Source of the DNA: Rhodospirillales bacterium
Lineage (GTDB): Bacteria > Pseudomonadota > Alphaproteobacteria > Rhodospirillales > Casp-alpha2
Reading direction: 5' to 3'
DNA: 64,000 nt
Assembly: GCA_013203955.1 (NCBI GenBank)
Contig: JABMOY010000140.1
Location: 1,362-65,361, forward strand
Every line of letters begins with the position of its first letter. The stretch's first letter is position 1. Positions 9,997-20,105 of the stretch are shown piece by piece. The notes beneath the pieces were generated by a model. The model saw nothing but the letters and a program-made list of their open reading frames with translations, did no database searches and was not told the DNA's origin. The translations under genes and the position numbers were made by a program.

Positions 9997-11568
9997 CTAG
10001 TGCCGGAAATGGCGCATGCCGGTGAAGACCATGGCGATATCGAGTTCATCGGCGGCTTCGATGATTTCCAAATCGCGAATGGAACCGCCCGGCTGGATGA
10101 TCGCCGTGGCACCGGCCTCCACCGTTGCCAAAAGTCCGTCGGCGAAGGGAAAAAATGCATCCGACGCCGCCACCGAGCCTTGCGCCCATGAATTTTTGTC
10201 ACCGGCCAACCGGGCCGCGTCGGCGGCTTTCCAGGCGGCGATGCGCGATGAATTGACGCGGCTCATCTGCCCGGCGCCGACGCCGACGGTGGCGCCGCCC
10301 TTGGCGTAGACGATGGCGTTGGACGTAACGTGCTTGGCCACCGTGAAGGCGAATATGAGATCGGCCATCTCGGCGTCCGTGGGTTGGCGCTTGGTTGGAA
10401 CGTTGAAGCTCTGCTCCATCACCCGGTTGTCGCGGCCTTGCAGCAGGTAGCCGCCGGAAAGGCTGCGCAGCGTCATTCCCATAGCTGCCGGGTCCGGCAT
10501 GCCGCCGGCAACCAGTACGCGCAGGTTCTTCTTTTTGGCAAAAATTTCGCGGGCGACGGGGTCGATATCCGGCGCGATGATGACCTCGGCGAACAGATCG
10601 GCGATTTTGAGAGCCGTCGCCTCGTCCAGAGTCTGGTTGACGGCGACGATACCACCGAAGGCGCTTTCGGTGTCACATGCCAGCGCCTTTGAGTAGGCCT
10701 CGGTTAAGCTGTCGGCGACGGCGACCCCGCACGGGTTAGCGTGCTTGACGATAATGCACGCCGGGCCGTCGGTGAATTCGGCGGCCAACTCGAAGGCGGC
10801 GTCTGTATCGTTGAGATTGTTGAAGCTCAGCTCCTTGCCTTGGATCTGTTCGGCGGTGGCGACGCCGTTTCGGGCCGGGCCGCCGGTATAGAAGGCGGCT
10901 TCTTGATGCGGGTTTTCGCCATACCGCAGCGTCTGTTTGAGTGTCCCGCCGACGGCGAAGCGGGGCGGAAAGGGCTCGCCCAGCTGTTCTGAAAACCAGC
11001 CCGAGATGGCGGCGTCATAGGCGCCGGTGCGCCCATAGGCGCGCGCCGCCAGTTGTTTTCTGAGTTCCGGCGTCGTCGCGCCGTCGTTTGCGGCCATTTC
11101 TCCGATCACTTGCCCATAATCTGCGGGGTCGACGACAACGGTGACGAATTCGTGGTTCTTGGCCGCCGCCCTGATCAACGCCGGGCCGCCGATGTCGATG
11201 TTTTCGATGCAGTCCGCGAACGGGGCGCCGCCTTCAACCGTTGCTTCGAACGGATACAGATTGACGACCAGCAGATCGATGCGTCCGATGCCTTGCTCTG
11301 TCATGGCCTGAAGGTGGCCGTCGTCATCGCGCCTAGCCAACAGTCCACCGTGGATTTTGGGGTGCAGCGTCTTGACGCGGCCACCCATGATTTCCGGGAA
11401 GCCGGTTTCTTCGGACACGTCTTTGACGGCGAGGTCTAAATCCCGGATTGCCTTGGCGGTGCCACCGGTGGAAAGAATTTCAACATCATTTTCGGAAAGG
11501 TAACGGGCAAGGTCTTCCAGGCCGGTTTTGTCGGATACGGAAATAAGGGCGCGGGTTATTTTCGACAT
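9997..11568 (-). CDS. purH: Bifunctional AICAR formyltransferase / IMP cyclohydrolase
   Basis: 523-aa ORF. MGS-like N-domain ([20 protein letters not shown]), C-domain motifs ([18 protein letters not shown]) and the characteristic C-terminus FTGMRHFRH. Confidence 0.97.
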   Translation of the reverse strand: MSKITRALISVSDKTGLEDLARYLSENDVEILSTGGTAKAIRDLDLAVKDVSEETGFPEIMGGRVKTLHPKIHGGLLARRDDDGHLQAMTEQGIGRIDLLVVNLYPFEATVEGGAPFADCIENIDIGGPALIRAAAKNHEFVTVVVDPADYGQVIGEMAANDGATTPELRKQLAARAYGRTGAYDAAISGWFSEQLGEPFPPRFAVGGTLKQTLRYGENPHQEAAFYTGGPARNGVATAEQIQGKELSFNNLNDTDAAFELAAEFTDGPACIIVKHANPCGVAVADSLTEAYSKALACDTESAFGGIVAVNQTLDEATALKIADLFAEVIIAPDIDPVAREIFAKKKNLRVLVAGGMPDPAAMGMTLRSLSGGYLLQGRDNRVMEQSFNVPTKRQPTDAEMADLIFAFTVAKHVTSNAIVYAKGGATVGVGAGQMSRVNSSRIAAWKAADAARLAGDKNSWAQGSVAASDAFFPFADGLLATVEAGATAIIQPGGSIRDLEIIEAADELDIAMVFTGMRHFRH

Positions 11569-11598
11569 TAACTTATTTATTCCTTCGTTTTTCTTGAT

Positions 11599-13521
11599 TT
11601 AGCCAGCCGCCGCCTTGGCGCTGTCATCGTCATCAACATGATATTCGGGCACAAGCTTGCGGATGAGGGGTCGAATGGCGTCTAGGTCTCCTCCATGGCA
11701 GGCTTCGAGCAGTTCGTCGATCATCGGGGTCAGCTCGTCAAGGGACGACACCCGGGGCGCTGCCAGTAAAAGGCCCGGAAATTCTGTGCCGACGGGCGGC
11801 TCGGCGCCATGAAATATCTCTTCAAATAGTTTTTCGCCCGGGCGCGTGCCGACGATGTCGATTTTGATGTCCTTGCCGGGGGTCGATCCGGCCAGGCGGA
11901 TCATCTGTTCAGCCAAATCCATGATGCGGATGGGCTCGCCCATGTCCAAAACGAAAATCTTGCCGTCGTCGAATTCTTTCGAGCTGCCGAACGCCGATGC
12001 CTGAAGCACAAGTTCCACAGCTTCGCCGACGGTCATGAAGTACCGGGTCATATCCGGGTGGGTCACCGTCAACGGCCCGCCTTCGGCCAGTTGCCGCTGG
12101 AACAGCGGCACCACGGATCCGGTCGACCCCAAGACGTTGCCGAAGCGTACGGTCACGAAGCGGGTGCCGTCGCCGTCGCCGCGTTTGAGGTCGAGCGCCT
12201 GACAGTAGCTTTCGGCGATGCGCTTGGTGGCGCCCATGATGCTGGACGGGTTGACGGCCTTGTCCGTCGAAATCAGGACCATCACCGAAACGCCGGTGGC
12301 GATGCAGGTATCGGCGATGTTGATGGTGCCACCGACGTTGCTGGTGGTGCCTTCGACGATGTTATCTTCGACCAGCGGTACGTGCTTCAAGGCGGCGGCG
12401 TGGAAAACCAGTTCCGGACGCAAATCGGAGAATACCTTGGCGATGCGCTTAGCCTCGCGGACATCGGCGATAACCGAATGACGTTTCAGTAGCGGCCACC
12501 TTTCCATGGTTTCCCGGTCGATGGTGTAAAGGGCGTGTTCGGAATGATCCAAAAGCCCGATTTCGGCCGGGGCGAATGCGCAAACCTGGCGCACCAGTTC
12601 AGACCCGATGCTGCCGCCGGCGCCCGTTACCAACACCCGGCGGCCTTCGATCAGCTTGGCCATGGCGTCGCGGTCAAGCGGCATCTGCGGCCGGCCCAAC
12701 AGGTCTTCGACGGCAACCGGGCGGACCTCCACCTTGTCGGCGATGCCGCTCTTGAATTCTGTCAACTGCGGCAACCGGGCCAGGGTCATGCCGAAACTGT
12801 CTGCCTGTTCCAGAAGCTCTCGCACTTGCGCCCCATCCATGTCGTCCTTGGTCAGCACCAATCTTTGCGGTCGGATGCCTTCGCTTTTCAGCCTTTTCAT
12901 TACCGTTGGAATTTCGTGGGTGGTGCCCAGAACCTCGATCCCGTGTATTTGCCGCCCGACGCGGGCGGGATTGTCCGAAACGATCCCGACGGCCTTGTAA
13001 TTGGCCTCAGGCGACCTGCGAAGCGCCCGGATAAACAACTCGGCTCCGTCTCCGGCGCCGACCAACAGAACCGCAATGCTTTGTGAGGTCCCATTTTCCA
13101 CGGACAGATCGAAACGCCGGTCTTTGACCAGCCGGTATAAAAAACGAGGCCCGCCCAAAAGCGCCATCAAGGTGAACCAGGAAATGGGAATAACCGACCG
13201 GGGGACGTGCAAAAACCGGGTCCACAGAAACAGGATCAGCAGAAACGACAAGACCGTAACCGTCACGGCCCTGGTAATCGCCAAAAGATCATTTAAGGAC
13301 GCATAGCGCCAGACTCCCCGGTAAAGGCCGGAAAACCAGAAAACAACAGCCGAAAGCGCCATGAACAGGAGACCCGCCTTAACCATCGGTTCGACGGCGT
13401 AGAACTGGGAATCGTCGCCGAGCCGAAGGTAAATCGCCAACGCAAAGGCGATCCCGGACATGATGATGTCGTGGATATAGGCGACAAGCCCGCGGCTGGA
13501 AATATTACGAATGAAATTCAT
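11599..13521 (-). CDS. Membrane-bound NDP-sugar 4,6-dehydratase, WbpM/PglF/CapD family
   Basis: 640 aa. N-terminal TM helices followed by two Rossmann modules (VLLVGAGDGAE; VLVTGAGGSIGSEL) and an SDR catalytic region (MGATKRIAE). This is the classical WbpM/CapD architecture. Confidence 0.9.
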   Translation of the reverse strand: MNFIRNISSRGLVAYIHDIIMSGIAFALAIYLRLGDDSQFYAVEPMVKAGLLFMALSAVVFWFSGLYRGVWRYASLNDLLAITRAVTVTVLSFLLILFLWTRFLHVPRSVIPISWFTLMALLGGPRFLYRLVKDRRFDLSVENGTSQSIAVLLVGAGDGAELFIRALRRSPEANYKAVGIVSDNPARVGRQIHGIEVLGTTHEIPTVMKRLKSEGIRPQRLVLTKDDMDGAQVRELLEQADSFGMTLARLPQLTEFKSGIADKVEVRPVAVEDLLGRPQMPLDRDAMAKLIEGRRVLVTGAGGSIGSELVRQVCAFAPAEIGLLDHSEHALYTIDRETMERWPLLKRHSVIADVREAKRIAKVFSDLRPELVFHAAALKHVPLVEDNIVEGTTSNVGGTINIADTCIATGVSVMVLISTDKAVNPSSIMGATKRIAESYCQALDLKRGDGDGTRFVTVRFGNVLGSTGSVVPLFQRQLAEGGPLTVTHPDMTRYFMTVGEAVELVLQASAFGSSKEFDDGKIFVLDMGEPIRIMDLAEQMIRLAGSTPGKDIKIDIVGTRPGEKLFEEIFHGAEPPVGTEFPGLLLAAPRVSSLDELTPMIDELLEACHGGDLDAIRPLIRKLVPEYHVDDDDSAKAAAG

Positions 13522-13542
13522 TGGGCGATTGCACCGTTATAC

Positions 13543-14496
13543 TCATTTTCCCGAGGTAAACCAGGCGGCCATTTCATTCAGTCCTTGTACCACGTTGGTC
13601 CGCGGCTTCCACCCCAGTTCACGGCGTATTTTTGCATCATTCGACTGCAAGGAACCGAGGACTCGCGACGCCGCCAGGGATTTCCCTAAAATCCGTCCGC
13701 CCAGGCGAAGCAGCCCTACCGGGACTGAGAAAAGCCGGGCTGGGCGGCCCAAGCCCGCCGCGACATGGCGGATAAGCGACGGCGTCGAAACGTCGTCGCC
13801 GTCGCGGACGAAATAGGTCTGACCTGCTGCCTTGGCGGCCTCAAGGCAGCACAAGATGGCATCGGATAAATTGCCGACATGGATGAGGCTACGGTGGTTA
13901 TCTACAGAAGCAAACGGCAACGGCGGCGCCACCTGACAGATTTTCATCAACGACAAAGGCGTGCCCTTGGCGCCGGGGCCGTAGACCAGGGGCGGGCGCA
14001 AAACGACATAGTCGAGGCCGGTTTTTCCGGCGATCTCGGCCAGCGCTTGTTCACCGGCTAGCTTCGACATCCCGTAAGGGTCCTCAGGCGCGGGCGTATC
14101 GGTTTCTTGAAACGGCGTCGTCGAGCTTTCGCCCATGACCTTGATGGTGCTCAGGTAAATAAGCCGCCCGACCCCGGTCGTCGCCGCCGCCGCCGCCAAA
14201 TGCGCCGTGCCCTGGGCGTTGGTTCTGTTGAATTCGGCTTCTGGTTCCTTTGACCATTCCTCCAGGATATGGACGCGGGCGGCCAGGTGGATCACGGCCT
14301 GGGTATCAGTTAAGGCCTCGGCCCAATCCGTGTCGGGGCCGATTTCGGGAACGAGGCACGGCTCCACGCCCTCAGGGATATCGGGATGGTCGAGCCGCCG
14401 GACCGCCGCCCTGACGTCATAACCGGCGCCAAGAAGCTCCGGGCACAAAGCATTGCCGACGAACCCGGTGGCGCCAGTGACCAGGACCCTTGTCAT
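13543..14496 (-). CDS. NAD-dependent epimerase/dehydratase (WbpK / UDP-hexose 4-epimerase-like SDR)
   Basis: 317 aa. VLVTGATGFVGNAL Rossmann motif and YGMSK (YxxxK). The start overlaps the upstream GT4 stop by 4 nt. Confidence 0.85.
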   Translation of the reverse strand: MTRVLVTGATGFVGNALCPELLGAGYDVRAAVRRLDHPDIPEGVEPCLVPEIGPDTDWAEALTDTQAVIHLAARVHILEEWSKEPEAEFNRTNAQGTAHLAAAAATTGVGRLIYLSTIKVMGESSTTPFQETDTPAPEDPYGMSKLAGEQALAEIAGKTGLDYVVLRPPLVYGPGAKGTPLSLMKICQVAPPLPFASVDNHRSLIHVGNLSDAILCCLEAAKAAGQTYFVRDGDDVSTPSLIRHVAAGLGRPARLFSVPVGLLRLGGRILGKSLAASRVLGSLQSNDAKIRRELGWKPRTNVVQGLNEMAAWFTSGK

Positions 14497-15764
14497 GATA
14501 CTTTTGCTTCCGGGGCCATCACGGACGATGCCTCATGCCCGCGCTTAGCCGCCGCCAGTTCCAACACGGCGATCATGTGACGGGCCTGGACCTCGCGGCT
14601 GTAGCGGGGGGCCGCGGCCAGACTTTTTTCGGCCAGGGCCCTCAGGGATTTCGGGTCGGCGTGAAGGGCGATGACGGCTTCGGCCAATTGTTGCGGGTCT
14701 TGGGGGGCGACATGAAGCCCGGCCCCGGCGTCTTCTATCAAGATACTGGCTTCGCCGTCCGGCGCCGCCAGCAGGACAGGAAGGCCGGACGCCATGGCTT
14801 CGAAAATCTTTGACGGGATGACACCGGCGAAGACCGAATTGTCCCTCAGGTGGACCAGCGCCACGTCGCAGAGGCCCCACACCCGGGGCATGGCGTCTTT
14901 CGGTTGCGGGCCCATAAAGGCGACATTGCTTAGGCCCCGGCGGCTTGCATCGGCCATCAGGGCTTGGCGCTCTGCCCCGGCGCCGGCCAGCAGGAAACGG
15001 ATATCGTCACGGTCTTTCAGTTTTTCCGCCGCATCGAGAACGTTTCCCAGGGCATGGGCCATGCCGTGGGTGCCGACATAGCCGACGACGAATTTGTCAC
15101 CAAGTTTCCATTCACGGGCCAAGCCGGGATCTTTTTTACTGAGCCCGTACCGCCAAGTATCGACGCCGTTGCGGATGACGGCGATTTTTTCCGGTGCGAT
15201 GCCGCGCTCCACAAGGTTGTCCCGAAAGGCCTTGGTCAAGGCGACCACGGCTTCGGACCGGCGGTAAAGGTGAAGTTCGAGTTTTTCCAAAAGCCGCAAA
15301 AAAATATTCGGGCGCATGGCGCCAACGGCGGCGATGGATGCCGGCCAAAGATCACCCAGTTCAAACACGAAGGGCACACCTCGCCAAGCCCCCAGCACCC
15401 ACCCGGCGAAGGCGGCGAAGAACTGCGGCGAGGTGGCGGAGACGACATCCGGCTTCGGCAGCCAAAGCCCCGCCCAGACCGCTGAAACCATGAAGCTCAG
15501 GAAATCGAGCGAGCGCAGCAAAACGCCCCGGTTGGGGGCAATAAATGTTTTTACCCGGACGACGGTTATCCCGTCCATATCCCCGGTCTGCCGCCAGCGG
15601 TTCTTATAGCCTTCGAACAACCTTCCCTCGGGGAAGTTGGGGGCGGACGTCAATACCGTCACTTGATGGCCGTCCTTCACCCAATAACATGCGCGCTCAT
15701 AAACCCGGGTCGCGGCGGCGTTTGTTTCCGGCGGGAAATTTTCGGTCAGGAATAGGATGTTCAC
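14493..15764 (-). CDS. Glycosyltransferase family 4 (WbuB-like)
   Basis: 423 aa. GT-B fold pattern with the C-terminal EX7E region (GVIPSKIFEAMASGLPVL). N-terminus MNILFLTENFPPETNAAATRVYE is typical of WbuB-like GT4 enzymes. Confidence 0.85.
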   Translation of the reverse strand: MNILFLTENFPPETNAAATRVYERACYWVKDGHQVTVLTSAPNFPEGRLFEGYKNRWRQTGDMDGITVVRVKTFIAPNRGVLLRSLDFLSFMVSAVWAGLWLPKPDVVSATSPQFFAAFAGWVLGAWRGVPFVFELGDLWPASIAAVGAMRPNIFLRLLEKLELHLYRRSEAVVALTKAFRDNLVERGIAPEKIAVIRNGVDTWRYGLSKKDPGLAREWKLGDKFVVGYVGTHGMAHALGNVLDAAEKLKDRDDIRFLLAGAGAERQALMADASRRGLSNVAFMGPQPKDAMPRVWGLCDVALVHLRDNSVFAGVIPSKIFEAMASGLPVLLAAPDGEASILIEDAGAGLHVAPQDPQQLAEAVIALHADPKSLRALAEKSLAAAPRYSREVQARHMIAVLELAAAKRGHEASSVMAPEAKVS

Positions 15765-16792
15765 AGGCCACCCTCCGGCGATGACGGGAATTTTCTACCT
15801 GTTCCGAGATAATAAAGAAGCCATGAGACGACGATTACTGCGCCGATTAACGAAGCCCATACCCACCCGGCGGCGGCATAAACGGCGAGGAGGACCAAGA
15901 TGCCGTCGGCACACAAGACGTGGATGACGACCTGGGAATGACTGAGCCCCCGCCTCACCGCCCGTTGGTAGAAATGTTCGCGGTGCGCCTGCCAGATGAT
16001 TTCACCGCGAAGGGCGCGCCGCACCAGCGTGATGGTGGCATCCATAAGGTAATAAAACGGCAGGATAAGCGCCGCCGCCCAAAGGCCCGACTGCGCCAGC
16101 CCCAACAGCAGCCAGCCGAGAAGGAACCCCAGCGGCACGCTGCCGACATCGCCAAGAAAAACCTTGGCCGGGTGCCAATTCCACCAAAGAAACCCCAGCG
16201 CCGCCGCCGCCAACACCAGCCCGTATATGAAAAACGTTCCGCCCAAACCCGCCGTCGATGCCACCAAAGCGATACCGATGCCGATGCCGGCGGTTTCAAC
16301 CCCGGCGATGCCGTCGATGCCGTCCATGAAGTTGAACAGATTGATGAACCAGAGCCACAGCAAACCCGCCGCCAGCGGGTCGGCGAACGCGGGCAGCAGA
16401 CCGCCGAAATAAAGCGCGCCAGAAGGCGCCGACGCCAAAACGAAAGTGACGGCGGCGGTTTGTCCAAACAAACGCACCAGGGGGCTCAATCCCCTCAGGT
16501 CGTCAATCCAGGACAGCACCGCCAGGCCCAAAGCGGCGGCGATGACGATCAGGGTGATTCGGGATTCCGGTCCTTCCCAGCCGATTCCGATCCAGACCGC
16601 CGCAATCACCGGAATAATGGCGAGGCCCGCGCCTTTCGGCGTCGGCGTCGAATGGCTGGAACGCTCATTGGGATGATCGAAGATGGCCCGTTTCCGCAAC
16701 AGGCGGATAATCATGCCGGTGCCTATGAGCGAGGCTGCGAAAACGGCCGCCGCAACGGCGGCAGTCCAGGCAAGGGAAACGGTCAAGTCCAT
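15761..16792 (-). CDS. Polyprenyl-phosphate N-acetylhexosamine-1-phosphate transferase (WbpL/WecA/MraY family), initiating transferase
   Basis: 343 aa, polytopic. Motifs NLFNFMDGIDG and VFLGDVGS are diagnostic of the MraY/WecA superfamily. Confidence 0.85.
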   Translation of the reverse strand: MDLTVSLAWTAAVAAAVFAASLIGTGMIIRLLRKRAIFDHPNERSSHSTPTPKGAGLAIIPVIAAVWIGIGWEGPESRITLIVIAAALGLAVLSWIDDLRGLSPLVRLFGQTAAVTFVLASAPSGALYFGGLLPAFADPLAAGLLWLWFINLFNFMDGIDGIAGVETAGIGIGIALVASTAGLGGTFFIYGLVLAAAALGFLWWNWHPAKVFLGDVGSVPLGFLLGWLLLGLAQSGLWAAALILPFYYLMDATITLVRRALRGEIIWQAHREHFYQRAVRRGLSHSQVVIHVLCADGILVLLAVYAAAGWVWASLIGAVIVVSWLLYYLGTGRKFPSSPEGGL

Positions 16793-16825
16793 AGACGCAG
16801 TTTATAGGAGTCCCCGCCCCCCAAC

Positions 16826-16867
16826 AAAAAAAAGCGCCCCCCGGTTGGTCCGGGACGAGGCGCTTTT
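16826..16867 (-). terminator. Intrinsic terminator (bidirectional type: hairpin flanked by an A-run and a T-run)
   Basis: A8 (16826-16833), then GCGCC (16834-16838), inner stem CCCGG/CCGGG, GGCGC (16859-16863) and TTTT (16864-16867). On the minus strand the hairpin is followed by a U8 tract, 25 nt after the stop of the 16892-17827 gene. Confidence 0.6.
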
Positions 16868-16891
16868 GGCGGGAATCAGGATTATTGGGCC

Positions 16892-17827
16892 TTAATTGAT
16901 CGTCTTGGGCTCCAGTTGTTCCAGCACCCTGACGACATCGGCGCCCAAGCCGGCATCCGCAGTCGCCGGCTGGCCGGCAGCTATCGCCCCGGCGAAGGCC
17001 CGAACGATTCGTTCCAGGGGCGTGCCGGGGCCGAGTTTGGGCGCTCGGCCGAAGTCGCCGGGGGCCGTTTTGAGCCGCAACTTATCATCCGCGGTGTCGT
17101 CATAGACCAATTCGCCGCCTTGGAAAGAAGCGGTGAACAGGCGTTCTTTCTGGGGATGCAGGTTGCTCAGCGCGATGCGGGCAGTGACGTCGCCGAATCC
17201 GAGTTCCAGCGCCAGCGTCTGGCCCCGGCCGTCTGCTGTCTCGCGGTCCTCGATGCCGCGGGCCTCCGCCCGGTCGGGGGTTTGGCCGATAAGGTCCAGG
17301 CACATAGCGATATCGTGGCTGCCCCAGTCCCAAAGCATCGGTGTGTCCGGGCGGAACGGTCCCCAATTCCCGGCAACGGCGGAAATGGCACGAAGCGGGC
17401 CCAGGGCCTTGGCTTCGCGTTTCAATGCCTCCCAGGCGGCGCTATAGAGATGAATGTGATCGATCAAAACGATGGAATCTTTCGAGTCCGCCGCCGCCAG
17501 GACCGCCTTGGCGTCGACTGCCGACATCGTCATCGGTTTTTCCGCCAACACCGGCAGGCCAATGTTGATGGCCTCCAGCATCACTTCCGCATGAGTGGCG
17601 GGCGGTGTGGCAATGATGACGCCGTCTATGTCCCCGGTCTTGAGAGCGTCCCGCCAATCAGGGCTGATCACGCACGTGCTTGCCACCAAGTCCCGGCTTT
17701 CGGGGTTGCTGCTGGCGAGCCGGCTAAGGGTGACGCCCTCAAGGGCGCCGATGGTTTTGATATAATTTCGGCCCCAAGGGCCGGCGCCGATGAGGCCGAG
17801 ACGGATATTTTTTGAGGCTGCGCTCAC
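16892..17827 (-). CDS. Gfo/Idh/MocA family oxidoreductase
   Basis: 311 aa. N-terminal Rossmann motif RLGLIGAGPWGRNY, EKP motif (LAEKPM) and a C-terminal alpha/beta domain. Confidence 0.8.
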   Translation of the reverse strand: MSAASKNIRLGLIGAGPWGRNYIKTIGALEGVTLSRLASSNPESRDLVASTCVISPDWRDALKTGDIDGVIIATPPATHAEVMLEAINIGLPVLAEKPMTMSAVDAKAVLAAADSKDSIVLIDHIHLYSAAWEALKREAKALGPLRAISAVAGNWGPFRPDTPMLWDWGSHDIAMCLDLIGQTPDRAEARGIEDRETADGRGQTLALELGFGDVTARIALSNLHPQKERLFTASFQGGELVYDDTADDKLRLKTAPGDFGRAPKLGPGTPLERIVRAFAGAIAAGQPATADAGLGADVVRVLEQLEPKTIN

Positions 17828-18885
17828 GCTTCGCCGGTATAGACCTTGTCGGACCAGGAAAGAAAACGCTTAAGCCCGTCTTCGAGTCCAACCTTGGGCT
17901 CGAAACCGATTTGCAGGCGCGCCTTCTTGATGTCGGGGCAGCGGCGCAGTGGCTCATCGGCCGGATAGCTGTCCGGGTATTCGATGATGTTGACGTCAAG
18001 CTTTTTGCCGTGCGCCTTTTCAATGGCCTTGACCAGGTCGAGCATGGAAATTTCCGGCTTCGGGTTGCCGATGTTGTAGGCCTCGCCGGGCACGCCCTTG
18101 GCGATGACCCTAAGAAACCCGTTCATGGCATCGGTGATGTAGCAAAAGGTCCGGGTCTGGCCGCCGGACCCGTATACATTCAGCGGCATGCCGCCCTTGA
18201 TGCGGTTGGCGAAGTTGGGCATCACCCGGTAGTCGGTCTCCTGCATGCCGGGGCCGAAGACATTGAACGGCCGGATGGTGTTGGTGGCGAGGCCGTTGTT
18301 TTCGTGGAAGATGTAACAAAGCGTCTCGCCGACCCGCTTGCTTTCGTCGTAACACGCCCTGGGGCCTTGGGCGGCGACATTTCCGCGGTAGCTTTCGGGC
18401 GTCGGCACGTGCTTGGCGTCCGGGTCGCCGTAGATTTCGCTGGATGAAAAGAAGGTGAACCGGGCGCCGTTCTTTTGCGCCAGCGCCAGCATGTTCTGGG
18501 TGCCGGTGATCGCCACTTCCAGCGTTTGCAGTGGATACTTCCGGTAATAGAAGGGGCTGGCGATGCCGGCGGCGTGGACGATGAAATCGACTTTTTCATC
18601 CCAGTCCAGCGGCTTGATGACATCGTGCTCGAGGAACGTGACATTGGGACGCTCGTCCATGTTGGTGCCCTCTTCGCCGGCGGTAATCAAATTATCGAGG
18701 ACGACGACCTTGCAAGGCTCATCGAGCACGGTTTCGTTCAGGCAAACGAAGACCTCGGTGAAATAACGGCCCAGAAACCCGCGCCCGCCGGTCAGCATGA
18801 TCGTCTTGCCGGCAAAGGCCTGCGCTTCAGGGCCTAGGGTATCGGTGATTTCTTTGATATCGGCGGGGAGAAAAAATTCGCTCAT
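17824..18885 (-). CDS. UDP-glucuronate decarboxylase-like SDR (UXS/ArnA-C-like)
   Basis: 353 aa. LTGGRGFLGRYF Rossmann motif, SSSEIYG, YDESKRVGE (YxxxK). The overall pattern resembles UDP-xylose synthase-type enzymes. Confidence 0.75.
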   Translation of the reverse strand: MSEFFLPADIKEITDTLGPEAQAFAGKTIMLTGGRGFLGRYFTEVFVCLNETVLDEPCKVVVLDNLITAGEEGTNMDERPNVTFLEHDVIKPLDWDEKVDFIVHAAGIASPFYYRKYPLQTLEVAITGTQNMLALAQKNGARFTFFSSSEIYGDPDAKHVPTPESYRGNVAAQGPRACYDESKRVGETLCYIFHENNGLATNTIRPFNVFGPGMQETDYRVMPNFANRIKGGMPLNVYGSGGQTRTFCYITDAMNGFLRVIAKGVPGEAYNIGNPKPEISMLDLVKAIEKAHGKKLDVNIIEYPDSYPADEPLRRCPDIKKARLQIGFEPKVGLEDGLKRFLSWSDKVYTGEA

Positions 18886-18892
18886 CGTATGT

Positions 18893-19357
18893 TCAGTCTT
18901 CCGGCCTCCACGTCGTCAGGCCGTCGGTGTCGAGCATATCCACGCGCACCACATCGGCTTCATAGGACGCCTGGTCGCGAGGATTGCGAGATAGGGTCAA
19001 GAACACGGTGTCTTCCGGGAATTTCATGCCGTGGTCCACCATCGGTGGCGTGAACACCATTTCTCCTGCCTTGACGATAAGGCATTCCGGCTCTTCTTCG
19101 CTTCCGGTGGGGCGGTGGTAATATTCGATGCCGCCCGACACCACATAACAATAATGCCAGTCGGTCTTGTGATAGTGATTGGCACGCAATGATCCTTTCT
19201 TGGATTCGATCATCACAGCACTTTTCATCATTTCGTCGACAATCGGCTGAATGGCGCCTCGGGAATCCACAAACGGCTTTTCCAAAGCTACCTTGGGCCC
19301 GGTGGGCCAGGATGACTTTTCTTCCTCGGTTAAGGGGTCGATATCGTTTTTTCCCAT
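18893..19357 (-). CDS. RmlC-like cupin (NDP-sugar epimerase/keto-isomerase-like)
   Basis: 154 aa. FVDSRGAI and LRANHYHK motifs resemble RmlC/FdtA/WxcM-type cupins. Lies inside a sugar-modification sub-operon. Confidence 0.65.
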   Translation of the reverse strand: MGKNDIDPLTEEEKSSWPTGPKVALEKPFVDSRGAIQPIVDEMMKSAVMIESKKGSLRANHYHKTDWHYCYVVSGGIEYYHRPTGSEEEPECLIVKAGEMVFTPPMVDHGMKFPEDTVFLTLSRNPRDQASYEADVVRVDMLDTDGLTTWRPED

Positions 19358-19380
19358 AGGGTCTCCAGAAACTTGACGCC

Positions 19381-20088
19381 TTACCTAAAAAATCGCCGGA
19401 TTATGATCGTCGAGATAACGGCGAGGGCGTGGTAGGCCTTTATTTTTTTTCCTTCGCCGTAGGTTCGGCCGTAGTAACTGATCGGCACTTCGAACATGGC
19501 ATTTGCTTTGGCAACTGCCCGGGACAGAATTTCGGCCTGCTGCTCCCAGCCGTCGGCCTTCAGCTTTTCCACATCGACGAGACCGCGCCGGTACAGCAAA
19601 TAGCACGAATAGACGTCGGTGAAAGTGGTGTTGTTGAGAATATTAAAAATAAAGGTAATCATTTTGTTGCCGAACCGGTGCCAGAAATAGGACACCCGCG
19701 TGCAAGGGGACGCCACCAGCCGGCTTCCCATAACGATGTCGGCGTTATAATCGAGGGCCGGCTTTAACAATTTTTCATATTCGCTGGGGTCGTATTCCAG
19801 GTCGGCATCTTGAAATAACACGTAGTCGCCGGTTGCTTGCCTAAGCCCAGCCTTGACGGCAGCGCCTTTGCCGGCGTTTGCGGGCAGCCTGATAAATTTT
19901 GTGTAAAGGCCGGCATTTTTCTCAAGAAGCTCTACCGTTCCGTCCGTGGAGCCGTCATCAATGACCAGCACCTCAAAGCGCACACCTTTTATTTTCTGGC
20001 GGGCGACGCGATCGAGAAGCTCAAGGATAGTCGCCTCCTCGTTGAAGGCGGGAACGATGATCGTCAGGTCAATCATGGATTTTGGCAT
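19381..20088 (-). CDS. Glycosyltransferase family 2 (polyprenyl-phosphate sugar synthase-like)
   Basis: 235 aa. IIVPAFNEE, VIDDGSTDGT, QDADLEYDP (DxD). Paralogue of the next gene. Confidence 0.85.
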   Translation of the reverse strand: MPKSMIDLTIIVPAFNEEATILELLDRVARQKIKGVRFEVLVIDDGSTDGTVELLEKNAGLYTKFIRLPANAGKGAAVKAGLRQATGDYVLFQDADLEYDPSEYEKLLKPALDYNADIVMGSRLVASPCTRVSYFWHRFGNKMITFIFNILNNTTFTDVYSCYLLYRRGLVDVEKLKADGWEQQAEILSRAVAKANAMFEVPISYYGRTYGEGKKIKAYHALAVISTIIIRRFFR

Positions 20089-20105
20089 GGATTCTGGCTT
20101 ACCCG

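Noticed and set aside
15920-16807. Long antisense ORFs opposite real genes. Examples: 15920-16807, 16916-17815, 37353-38249, 40724-41557, 5406-6116, 7399-7938, 24404-24913, 38658-39320.
   Set aside because: These are typical high-GC shadow frames. Their products are Arg/Gly/Pro/Ala-rich with no recognisable motifs, and each is fully contained in a motif-rich gene on the other strand.
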